From an uncultured candidate division Zixibacteria bacterium (GTDB taxonomy: Bacteria > Zixibacteria > MSB-5A5 > UBA10806): a stretch of DNA of 64,000 nucleotides. The stretch lies in assembly GCA_963817915.1 (NCBI GenBank), contig CAWFQL010000006.1, positions 64,001 through 128,000 of the forward strand. Reading direction: 5' to 3'. The notes beneath the pieces were generated by a model. That model saw only the letters and a list, made by a program, of their open reading frames with translations. It made no database searches and was not told where the DNA came from. The number at the start of each line of letters is the position of its first letter. The stretch's first letter is position 1. Position numbers and translations under genes: made by a program. Positions 27,685 to 36,750 of this stretch are shown here, piece by piece.

Positions 27685-30096
27685 AAAGGCAGCGAATCGA
27701 GCGCTGCCTTTTTTTATTGCCATATATAGACGCGAAATCTTTTCTGCGTGTCGAAGTTTACTTTCCAGTGGTGGCAGGTCTCCGCACCTGCCACAAGACC
27801 CGGCTATCATCGGGTATGGAGACCCGACGACACATGCAATCTTGCTATAAATTGAATTCAGATTCTCTATATCTTCTTTTCCAGTGGTGGCAGGTCTCCG
27901 CACCTGCCACACGACCCGGCTATCGTCGGGTACGGAGACCCGACGACACGAGCAATATATTGTCAAAATCTGATTTTTTTCATTATTTTAAAAATAGGAG
28001 TTTTTTTGAGATTTTGCCCTGGGGCGTCTCAACATGTGCGAAGTAGATCCCAGAAGATACTCTTCGTCCAAAGTTGTCGGTGGCGTCCCAGGTTGTTTTT
28101 CCCTCCTTGTCTAAGTCCCCAATTGACCTTACAAGACGACCCGAGATATCATATATTCTTATTGCCGCATCACCTCCTTTATAATTCTGTATAGATATTT
28201 TAACATTGGAATTGAATGGATTTGGATATGCGCTCAATGATATTCGATCCGGAACAGGATTGCGTTCGGCTATTCCTGTTACTCCGTCGTCACGCATGTA
28301 TTTCGCGTATTCAGTAAGGTGAACCGAATCGGTCCAAACTCTTTCTTCCCAGACAAGATGAATCCTGTCATCAAATTTCACCATCCGAGGCCCATTATGA
28401 CTCGATCCAGTGCTTAATATTTGATCACCGCCCCAGGTAAAACCACCATCCCAGCTTTCACGATAATGGAGCCGCGAATTGCGGGTCAGATTGGCGGACG
28501 ACCAAATTACTCCTACGTAATTGCCATCCACAGCCAGCGTTACTCCCACTTCACCGAGATAATCGTCATCCAGCCTGATAGGCTCCTCCCATGTTTGGCC
28601 AAAATCATGGCTTATCCTAACCCAGATGCCGCCAGTACTGAAATAGGGCGAACCCCAATAATCCATCCAGCAGACAGCGATATTGCCATAATCATCAGCA
28701 GCTAACTCCGGACATTGACCCCAAATATCATCATATAGCAAGCCGATATGCTGAGGCTGATTCCAGCTTGTTCCATGATCGGCGCTGTTTATATAGTAAA
28801 CGCTCAGGTTATTATTAAAACTATACGTAAAGGCGATACTCGCGACACCGGCCTTATAGGCAAGAGAGGGAGGATATGCCTGGGGCGTCTCGGCTATTGG
28901 CCCCGCATTATACCAATGACGGCCCATATCAAAGCTCCGAGAACATGATAAATGACCCCAGGCTTGCTCGAAGCTGACAAACACCGTGTCACCATGACCA
29001 GCGATATTGCTTTGCATCACATCGGTCTCGGGCCGCGCCATTCGTATCCGAGCTGTTATTGGCCAGGTCTGGCCATAATCGCTGCTGGCCTTGAAATAAA
29101 TAAATGTGTTAAAATCCTCTCTATGTCGTCCAAGCCAAACAGTATAAACTTTATTACCTTCGCTTAAAATATTATAATAATCTTGCGAAACATTCAATGA
29201 GGTATCAGAAAAATCCGCCGCAAAATGCCATGAATCTCCCCCATCCGTGCTCTTATAATAATCTAACATAAGATCGGGTTTTTGCATTAAGACATGCAAA
29301 ATGCTGTCGCTGACAGCCACCATCGGATGCCAATAATGCCGTGAGGAATCACCTATAAACGCTTCCTCACCCCAATCGACGACTACCGGCCAGCCAGGCT
29401 GAGTAGGAGCGCCATTATCTGCATAAATTGCATGAGGGTTGGCATAGAGGATATTATTGCCGATATGGCGATGGGGCCTGTCGGTCTCAGGAGCCTTTTG
29501 GGAATAGGCCAAATCCGCGAAGACAAATAACAATATACAATACAGCAATACTGCATATTTCATTCTGATTTGCATCAACCCCCTTTTACCATTACGCTTC
29601 CGCAATAGCATCAAATGCCCCGCTTTCCAAGATTTTAAATGAACTGGAATCAATATAAATTACAATTGTGTTATGTCAAGGCCATTATGTTGGGCGGCAG
29701 TCATCTTTGACTGCCCCAAATGTTGCCGCCGATGGGGCAGCTACGGACAGCCGACATCCAATATCCAGGTAGAGACTTGCTATAGCAAGTCTCTACGATA
29801 AATTTTTCTGCGTGTCGAAGTTTACTTTCCAGTGGTGGCAGGTCTCCGCACCTGCCACAAGACCCGGCTATCATCGGGTATGGAGACCCGACGACACGAG
29901 CAAAGGCAGCGAATCGAGCGCTGCCTTTTTTTATTGCCATATATAGACGCGAAATCTTTTCTGCGTGTCGAAGTTTACTTTCCAGTGGTGGCAGGTCTCC
30001 GCACCTGCCACAAGACCCGGCTATCATCGGGTATGGAGACCCGACGACACATGCAATCTTGCTATAAATTGAATTCAGATTCTCTATATCTTCTTT
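27685..30096. repeat. About 195-bp direct repeat (27685-27879 and 29902-30096) flanking a secreted-protein gene, plus extra REP doublets
   Basis: Each copy = terminator AAAGGCAGCG..CGCTGCCTTT + REP doublet + the last codons of the 30084-30707 gene. Confidence 0.9.
27983..29575 (-). CDS. BNR/Asp-box (sialidase-like) beta-propeller with T9SS/FlgD C-terminal domain
   Basis: Asp boxes STDGGDSW, SSDYGQTW, SADHGTSW, SHDFGQTW, SWDGGFTW; AYPNPFN...SSGIYF tail; start probably 29575 or 29563. Confidence 0.85.
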   Translation of the reverse strand: MQIRMKYAVLLYCILLFVFADLAYSQKAPETDRPHRHIGNNILYANPHAIYADNGAPTQPGWPVVVDWGEEAFIGDSSRHYWHPMVAVSDSILHVLMQKPDLMLDYYKSTDGGDSWHFAADFSDTSLNVSQDYYNILSEGNKVYTVWLGRHREDFNTFIYFKASSDYGQTWPITARIRMARPETDVMQSNIAGHGDTVFVSFEQAWGHLSCSRSFDMGRHWYNAGPIAETPQAYPPSLAYKAGVASIAFTYSFNNNLSVYYINSADHGTSWNQPQHIGLLYDDIWGQCPELAADDYGNIAVCWMDYWGSPYFSTGGIWVRISHDFGQTWEEPIRLDDDYLGEVGVTLAVDGNYVGVIWSSANLTRNSRLHYRESWDGGFTWGGDQILSTGSSHNGPRMVKFDDRIHLVWEERVWTDSVHLTEYAKYMRDDGVTGIAERNPVPDRISLSAYPNPFNSNVKISIQNYKGGDAAIRIYDISGRLVRSIGDLDKEGKTTWDATDNFGRRVSSGIYFAHVETPQGKISKKLLFLK

Positions 30097-30707
30097 GCCA
30101 CAATAAATTGTTGTTGTCCTTTTTGACTCAAACATTCCGTTTCAACAATTTCAAAATTTCCATTAGCTATTGAATTTTCTAAATCAGATATTTTAAATGA
30201 CTTTATATCTGGAACTAATCCAATTTTATTTCCAAGTGATAGTAATATATTTAGGAATGCCGTCTCTCCTAAGCAAGGTGTCGCGGAGATAAGCAACCCG
30301 CCAGGCGTTAATAATTCATTCATCCGCATTATGACTTTTGGTGTATCTTCTACTAAATGCAGGATATAAAAACCTAAAATCACATCAAATGAACCTTTTT
30401 CTAATTTCTTATCGAATATTGTTAATTGTTCAAAATCTGTATTACTTATATTGGCTGCATTTATTTTTGCGGCTTCGATCATTTTGGAAGAGATATCGAT
30501 GCCATGAACCTTTTTCACCTTGTCCGCAATCTCAATAGCCATTCTGCCTGTCGCGCATCCAAAATCTAACACAACATTATTTACATCGAGGTGCTTTTGG
30601 GTCATTTCAATAATCTTGAGATAGGTTGGTTCATCTGATCTTTCTTCGCGATCAAAATAATTCGCCTTTTTATCCCAGAACTCTTCTGATTTATTAATTT
30701 TTTGCAT
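30084..30707 (-). CDS. Class I SAM-dependent methyltransferase
   Basis: VLDFGCATG, GIDISSKMI, LLTPGGLL. Confidence 0.88.
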   Translation of the reverse strand: MQKINKSEEFWDKKANYFDREERSDEPTYLKIIEMTQKHLDVNNVVLDFGCATGRMAIEIADKVKKVHGIDISSKMIEAAKINAANISNTDFEQLTIFDKKLEKGSFDVILGFYILHLVEDTPKVIMRMNELLTPGGLLISATPCLGETAFLNILLSLGNKIGLVPDIKSFKISDLENSIANGNFEIVETECLSQKGQQQFIVAKKI

Positions 30708-30857
30708 CCTCTTTGTCTTGTTAATTATTTGTCATTATTAATATATTTCTGTTTTTGCGAGCGATTGGTGATGGAATGACGGACAGGTCGCGCCCCGACA
30801 TTTTATGCCGTTACGCGACCTGCTCGATCAGGATTATTGCCTAAAGCAATGCATAAA

Positions 30858-31772
30858 CTATTCTTTGAATTTCTCGATGGCTGTAGCGGCGACCCAATAT
30901 ATGCTGTTCCCCTGCGCGGTGTGGCGGGTAAAGAACAGATATTTTCCATCGGAAGATAGGTGAGCTCCGTACTCATCATTCGTGGTATTGTACTCAGCGC
31001 CCAAATTGATTGGCGTCCCCCACGCACCGGCGCTATCGACAAAACTCACGAAGAGATCGGCGCTAACACCGTTCCGGCATGAATAAAAAATTAGATAATG
31101 CCCATCAGGAGCAATGCACGGATCACCATCGTAGGCTCGAATATTAATTGGAGCACCCAATAATTCTACAATTAGTGTTTGCGTTGTATCGGTATATGCT
31201 TTGTAAATCTGCATAACCCCGGAACGATTAGAGCAGAAATACATAGTCCCATCGGTCATAGTGCAGCCGCGAAATTCATTACGATTACTGTTAATTGGAG
31301 ATGGCAGTGCAACAGGTACCCCCCATCCGCTATCGCCATGGACTACGTTCCAGAGATCCTTGGATCCGGTTGCTTCTATCCCCGTGAATGTGAGGGTATC
31401 GCCATCGCTCGAAAAGACCGGTTCGTTTGAATAGACGAAATCCGATGTGAAAGGTGCTCCAATAATTGGAGTCCAGACGCCATTCTCGAGTTTGGAATAG
31501 TATAGAGTTGCGCCAGAATAGTCTGCGGTTCCAACTGAAAAGAAAAACTGAGTTCCATCTGGAGATAAGGCAGTGGCTTCTACCCACACACCCGCCGAAT
31601 CCAGCAGATCAGGGGCAAAAACAATCGGCGTTTCGTTAGGTGGTGTCAGCCCCAGATATTTTGGTGCATCTGGAATTACGTCATCTTTCGGTTTTGTTGA
31701 TTCGTGAGCGCACGAACTCATGAAAGTTAGCAGGAACAGGCACATCCAGGCGGCTGCAAGTTTTCTTTGCAT
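30858..31772 (-). CDS. PD40/TolB-like beta-propeller lipoprotein, paralog 3
   Basis: Lipobox MSSC; YLGLTPP, SPDG, PINLG, SSDGKYLFFTR. Confidence 0.85.
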   Translation of the reverse strand: MQRKLAAAWMCLFLLTFMSSCAHESTKPKDDVIPDAPKYLGLTPPNETPIVFAPDLLDSAGVWVEATALSPDGTQFFFSVGTADYSGATLYYSKLENGVWTPIIGAPFTSDFVYSNEPVFSSDGDTLTFTGIEATGSKDLWNVVHGDSGWGVPVALPSPINSNRNEFRGCTMTDGTMYFCSNRSGVMQIYKAYTDTTQTLIVELLGAPINIRAYDGDPCIAPDGHYLIFYSCRNGVSADLFVSFVDSAGAWGTPINLGAEYNTTNDEYGAHLSSDGKYLFFTRHTAQGNSIYWVAATAIEKFKE

Positions 31773-32016
31773 ATCCTCTTTCTCCTAAGACTTGTTGTCA
31801 CTAATCCCCTCTCAACCGCTGGACAATATCCAACTAAGTGAAGTCGAGCACCTTGAACTTCGAATACGGATTACAATTCCATTTTGTTTCAATTATAAAT
31901 TAATGTGAGTAAAATTAGGCCATCAGCCGTCATTGGAGATTCCTAATTGAAATTCACCGGCGGCAGTCGTTGGCGACTGCCGGCCGTGTGAATTAGCATT
32001 TTATTTATCGGGGATT

Positions 32017-32955
32017 CTATTTTTCACGATTCGGGGCAAAATTGGCTTGCTTTAAGCTGTCGATAAAGCTCGAACGCACCCAATATAACTTAAACACATA
32101 CATATTATTTGCTATGGCAAAAAAGTAGTATTTGCCATCGGGACTTACGTTCGATCCATATTCAAGCCCCGCTGTATTTATCTCCATTCCAAGATTCACG
32201 GGTTCGGTCCATTGACCGCCTGTATTATAACTGATATATTGATCCCCCATGCCGAGACCGCCCGAGCGGATCGAAGTAAATATAAGGTAGCTTTCATCAG
32301 GAGCAATGTAAGGATCGTATGCCCCGTCGGAACCCTCAACATGCGAATTTATAAGCGAATCCAATAATTCGACCGTGGAATAACTTCCATTGTCATACGG
32401 AGATCGATAGATATTGTAAGCGCCGCCGCGATTGGAGCAAAAATAGAGTTTTCCGTTCGATGTCACTGTCGGGTGATATTGTTCTGCTTCCACATTGATA
32501 GGCGAACCAAGCATTTCGGGAGTCGCCCATGATTGATTGAGGCGCTTCGATGTCCAGATGGAAGCGTACCGGACGAAATATATCGTATTTCCGTCGGGAG
32601 AGAAAAAAGGTTCTTTTTCCTGCTGATTTGCCACAATGAAATTTGCCGTATCAAAATTGGCCCAAATGCCGTTATCATATTTCGAATACAGAATCGAGCA
32701 TCTATTATTGGTTCTAATTCCGACCAGGCATTCCTTCATGTCCGGGGAAAAACTTACTTTTTGGTAACTTCTGCCCGGTATAGAATCATTGATAGGAGCA
32801 AAAACGATGGCCGTATCGCCCGGCGACGTTAGCCCTAAATACGTGGGTGGATCTGGAATTACTTCATCCTTTGGCTTTGTCGATTCGTGCGCGCATGAAT
32901 TTGCGAAAGCTAAAAGGGATAGGCTCATCCCAATGGCCAATAGCTTTTTTTGCAT
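32017..32955 (-). CDS. PD40/TolB-like lipoprotein, paralog 2
   Basis: Start MQKKLL; lipobox ANSC; FSPDG, PYIAPDESYLIF, SPDGKYYFF. Confidence 0.85.
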   Translation of the reverse strand: MQKKLLAIGMSLSLLAFANSCAHESTKPKDEVIPDPPTYLGLTSPGDTAIVFAPINDSIPGRSYQKVSFSPDMKECLVGIRTNNRCSILYSKYDNGIWANFDTANFIVANQQEKEPFFSPDGNTIYFVRYASIWTSKRLNQSWATPEMLGSPINVEAEQYHPTVTSNGKLYFCSNRGGAYNIYRSPYDNGSYSTVELLDSLINSHVEGSDGAYDPYIAPDESYLIFTSIRSGGLGMGDQYISYNTGGQWTEPVNLGMEINTAGLEYGSNVSPDGKYYFFAIANNMYVFKLYWVRSSFIDSLKQANFAPNREK

Positions 32956-33248
32956 GTCCTTTTTCTCCTTAGGGAATAATTTGTATCTCATCTCGCTTCC
33001 CTATCGCCGGATGTCTTTAGTCAGTCGAAGCAAGTTACTTTGCCGTTCCAATACGGAATAAGGAATTCCATTTTGTTACATATACTTATATTTAAGCCGT
33101 ATTATGATAACGGCCACCCCCCTAATGCAGTGAGTGAAATTTATTGGCCGGCCTGTCGAAACAGAATATAGCCCAAATCTTGAAGTGATTTGGGTGCAAG
33201 TTCCTAATACCGCAGCGGTTTTGAGCTACAAACCGCTTAATACACAAA

Positions 33249-34163
33249 CTATTCTTTGAATTTCTCGAGTGCCGAAGCGGCGACCCAAAATATACTGTTC
33301 GCCTGCGCAGTGTGGCGAGTAAAGAACAGATATTTGCCATCGGCGGACAAATGGGCTCCAAACTCATCGTTCGGGCTATTGAATGCGGGCCCTAAATTGA
33401 CTGGTGTTCCCCATCCTCCGTTCCCATTGCTGAAACTCACGTAGAGATCTGCGCTACGACCATCCCGGCCGGAATTGAAAATAAGAAAATGCCCATCAGG
33501 AGCAATGCAGGGTCCGCCATCGTAAGCTCGCACATTGATTGGAGCGCCCAACAATACTGCCTGCCACGATTGGGTTGTATCTTTATATGTTTTGTATATC
33601 TGCATTATTCCAGAACGACTGGAGGCAATATACATAGTCCCGTCGGTCATAGCGCTGAAGCGATGTTCGTTACCATCACTATTAATTGGAGGAGGCAATG
33701 CAACTGGTACACCCCATGCTCCATTGGTATAGGACACGTTCCAGAGATCCCACGTCCCTATTGCTTTTTTCCCCGCAAATGTGAGATTGGCACCATCATC
33801 CGAAAAGACAGGTTCATTTGAATAAATGAAACCCGACGTGAAGGGGGCTTCTACAAAGGGAGTCCATACATCCGCCTGGAATTTCGAATAATATAGTTTT
33901 GGGCCTGAATAGTCAGCGGTACCGATCGAAAAGAAAAATTGAGTTCCATCCGGAGATAAAGCCGTGGCTTCTACCCAGACACCCGCCGAATCCAGCAACT
34001 CAGGAGCAAAAACGATCGGAGTTTCACCAGGCGGCGTTAGCCCTAAATATGTTGGCGAATCCGGCACTACTACATCAGTTGGTTTAGTTGATTCGTGCGC
34101 GCATGAATTTGCGAAAGCTAAAAGGGATAGGCTCATCCCAATGGCCAATAGCTTTTTTTGCAT
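33249..34163 (-). CDS. PD40/TolB-like lipoprotein, paralog 1
   Basis: Lipobox ANSC; close paralog of 30858-31772. Confidence 0.85.
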   Translation of the reverse strand: MQKKLLAIGMSLSLLAFANSCAHESTKPTDVVVPDSPTYLGLTPPGETPIVFAPELLDSAGVWVEATALSPDGTQFFFSIGTADYSGPKLYYSKFQADVWTPFVEAPFTSGFIYSNEPVFSDDGANLTFAGKKAIGTWDLWNVSYTNGAWGVPVALPPPINSDGNEHRFSAMTDGTMYIASSRSGIMQIYKTYKDTTQSWQAVLLGAPINVRAYDGGPCIAPDGHFLIFNSGRDGRSADLYVSFSNGNGGWGTPVNLGPAFNSPNDEFGAHLSADGKYLFFTRHTAQANSIFWVAASALEKFKE

Positions 34164-34448
34164 GTCCTTTTTCTCCTTAGGAATTTTTTTTCTTCAATCT
34201 CGCTTCTCAACTGTCTGGTGTCATCCGGCTTGCTGAATACGAGTAACCTGCCATCCTAATACGGAAAGGAAATCCATTTTGTTACATTTACTTATATTAT
34301 GGCAAATTATGATGGCAAGTACCCCCCAGCCGCCATCGATTAAAATTTACAGGAGCCGGTTACAGCGACAGACTCAACGCCGTATCCTATTGCCGCGTAG
34401 AGACTTGCCACGACAAGTCTCTAACCAAAAATACTCGGAATATTTTTC

Positions 34449-34521
34449 TTGCATTTTCTGCAACATTATCATATTATTCAGCGTATACTGATTTGTAAGA
34501 ATTATCAGCCGATACTGATAA
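34449..34521 (+). promoter_or_regulatory. Promoter and two operator-like palindromes of the AbrB-arsM operon
   Basis: TTGCAT-17-TATTAT; TCAG-CGTATA-CTGA (34478-34491) and TTATCAG-CCGATA-CTGATAA (34502-34521). Confidence 0.6.
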
Positions 34522-34540
34522 GAAGAAAAAGGGAGCAAAT

Positions 34541-34840
34541 ATGACAAAAAAACAAAGCAAAAAAGGATGCTGCGACACCGGGGCAACGTCGCAGGATTGC
34601 TGCAAGGTGGAATATGTGGTCACTGTCGATGAACGGGGCCAGATGGTTCTGCCTAAGGAAGTGCGGGACAGCGCCGGCATCAAACCCGGTGACAAGCTCG
34701 CGGTTATTACTGTTAAGAGCGGCGGAAATATCTGCTGCATATCATTGATGAAAACCGATAACCTGGCCGGAATGGTAAAGGATATTCTCGGCCCGGTATT
34801 CAATACTATTACAAAGAACGAACCCAAAAAAGGAGAATAG
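34541..34840 (+). CDS. AbrB/SpoVT-family protein with CC pairs (resembles the 'HgcAB-associated' HgcC-like proteins)
   Basis: [23 protein letters not shown]...IKPGDKLAV...CCISL. Confidence 0.8.
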   Translation: MTKKQSKKGCCDTGATSQDCCKVEYVVTVDERGQMVLPKEVRDSAGIKPGDKLAVITVKSGGNICCISLMKTDNLAGMVKDILGPVFNTITKNEPKKGE

Positions 34841-34842
34841 CC

Positions 34843-35682
34843 ATGGATAAGAAGGATATCAAACAGGCAGTCAAAGATCGTTACGGTAATATCGCCAAGA
34901 CCGATGGCGGCTGCTGCAGCGGAACTACAAGCTGCGGATGCGGCCCTGAATCATTCACCGATGTCAGCAAGATGGTCGGCTATACTGATAAGGATATCAA
35001 CGCTGTGCCTGAGGGCGCCAATCTCGGCCTGGGATGCGGCAATCCGGTGGCGCTGGCCAGTCTCAAGGAAGGCGAAACAGTGCTCGATCTTGGGAGCGGC
35101 GCGGGATTCGATTGTTTCCTCGCGGCCAATAAGGTCGGCAAAAAAGGCCGTGTAATCGGAGTCGACATGACTCCCGAGATGATCAAGAAGGCGCGTGCCA
35201 ACGCTGCCAAAGGCGGCTATGCCAATGTCGAATTCAGACAGGGCGAAATCGAAAAACTGCCCGTGGAAAATGATTCGATCGATATTATTATTTCAAACTG
35301 CGTAATAAATCTATCCACAGAAAAAGACAAGGTCTTCGGAGAAGCGTTCAGAGTGCTGAAGCCGGGCGGCAGGCTGATGGTATCCGATATCGTGCTTTTG
35401 GCTCCCCTACCCGAATATATCAAGAACAATATCATCGCGTATGTCGGCTGTCTGGCAGGAGCTGATTTGAAAGATGATTATCTTGCGTCTATCCGCAAAG
35501 CAGGATTTGAAGATATTTCTGTCGCCAAGCAAGATGCCTACTCTATCGAGTTTATGGCCAATGAATATTCAAAGTCGGAGAATTTCAGTTCAGAATTAAA
35601 AGCAAAAATCGATACGATTCCCGATAAGGACTACGAAATCGCCAGCATCAAAGTCTCGGCTAGAAAGCCAAAGAAGTATTAA
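34843..35682 (+). CDS. arsM: Arsenite S-adenosylmethionine methyltransferase
   Basis: [37 protein letters not shown]. Confidence 0.92.
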   Translation: MDKKDIKQAVKDRYGNIAKTDGGCCSGTTSCGCGPESFTDVSKMVGYTDKDINAVPEGANLGLGCGNPVALASLKEGETVLDLGSGAGFDCFLAANKVGKKGRVIGVDMTPEMIKKARANAAKGGYANVEFRQGEIEKLPVENDSIDIIISNCVINLSTEKDKVFGEAFRVLKPGGRLMVSDIVLLAPLPEYIKNNIIAYVGCLAGADLKDDYLASIRKAGFEDISVAKQDAYSIEFMANEYSKSENFSSELKAKIDTIPDKDYEIASIKVSARKPKKY

Positions 35683-35794
35683 ATAGGATCGCTGTTGTGT
35701 CGGGACGCCTGACCCGACACAACATTTAATATGATTATAAACCAAACATTCAGCTAAATATCACAGCACCCCAATAACCAGGAGGATTAGTAAG

Positions 35795-36622
35795 ATGAAG
35801 AAGACAATTGTAATCTCGACAATCATGATCCTGACTTTGGCGGCAGTATCGATTGCGGTCAATCTCCCCAAAACCCAAATATCCAGTATTCTCGAATACA
35901 AGACGCCATTGGCGTTGACTGAGTCCCAAATTAAGAAATTGCAAATTATTGAAATAACCACTCAGCAAAAGCTCCAGGACTCCAAATCGCAGGCCGATAT
36001 CAGAATGGGCGAGATCGAAAAATTCACATCAAATTGGAAAGATATGAATAGTCTCGCGGTACAGGGACTGGTGAAAGAGTATTATGATTATATGACCAAT
36101 TATAAGCTCATTGAATTGGAGGCTATCGTAAAGGCTCGCGCTTTATTAAGCAAAAACCAGATAGGCAAACTTCAGGAGTTAGGCGCAACCGAATCGATGA
36201 CAAATCAAAGCGAAACCGGCATTAAATGCACTACTGTATCAGCTACGGATTGCTGTGCAAAACCGCAATCCAATTGCTGTCCTAGTCCAGGACCGAATTG
36301 CTGCCCGAAATCGGCTGAAATAAGCAATCCGAAAACTATGGCGACTCCCATTACTGCCGGATTTGTAAGCAGCGCTGCGTCGAGAGTGGATTGCAGTCCG
36401 AAATTGGATGCGAATTGCTGCCCGCCCCCGGGACCGAATTGCTGTCCGAATTCAGCTGAAATAAGCAGTCCGAAAACTATCGCGACTCCCATAACTGCCG
36501 GATTTGTAAGCAACGCCGCGTCGAGAGTGGATTGCGGCCCGAAACCAGATGCGAATTGCTGCCCGCCCTCGGGAACGAATTGCTGCCCGAAAGCCGCCGC
36601 GACAAGCTGCCAGATACCATGA
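35795..36622 (+). CDS. Secreted Spy/CpxP-like helical protein with Cys-rich repeated tail
   Basis: Signal peptide; LALTESQIKKL and LLSKNQ motifs; 18 Cys in the tail. Confidence 0.7.
   Translation: MKKTIVISTIMILTLAAVSIAVNLPKTQISSILEYKTPLALTESQIKKLQIIEITTQQKLQDSKSQADIRMGEIEKFTSNWKDMNSLAVQGLVKEYYDYMTNYKLIELEAIVKARALLSKNQIGKLQELGATESMTNQSETGIKCTTVSATDCCAKPQSNCCPSPGPNCCPKSAEISNPKTMATPITAGFVSSAASRVDCSPKLDANCCPPPGPNCCPNSAEISSPKTIATPITAGFVSNAASRVDCGPKPDANCCPPSGTNCCPKAAATSCQIP
36248..36592 (+). repeat. 141-bp (47-aa) intragenic tandem repeat, about 2.4 copies
   Basis: GPNCCP/GTNCCP recurs at about 36291, 36432 and 36573. Confidence 0.9.
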
Positions 36623-36750
36623 TTTGATTGTAAATGTAGGGCAGGAGTCGAAGACTCCTGCCAAATAGATATTAAAAGGTGCTGTCGGGTCGCCTGACCC
36701 GACAGCCCTTGCCATTTATAAACGTCGCGTGAACCCACCGGCCACCACAA

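Larger units (their letters stand above)
31863..34286 (-). promoter_or_regulatory. ECF-sigma-type promoter upstream of each PD40 gene (31863-31891, 33050-33080, 34258-34286)
   Basis: TG(A/T)AAC-AAAATGGA...-CGTATT with spacers of 17, 19 and 17 bp. Confidence 0.6.

Noticed and set aside
27685..30096. CRISPR array
   Set aside because: The repeats are irregularly spaced double hairpins without unique equal-length spacers, and there are no cas genes.
27670..30173. ORFs 27670-27966, 27717-28046, 29701-30135, 29832-30173 (also 5446-5736, 7336-7635)
   Set aside because: They are translations of REP palindromes and duplicated intergenic DNA.
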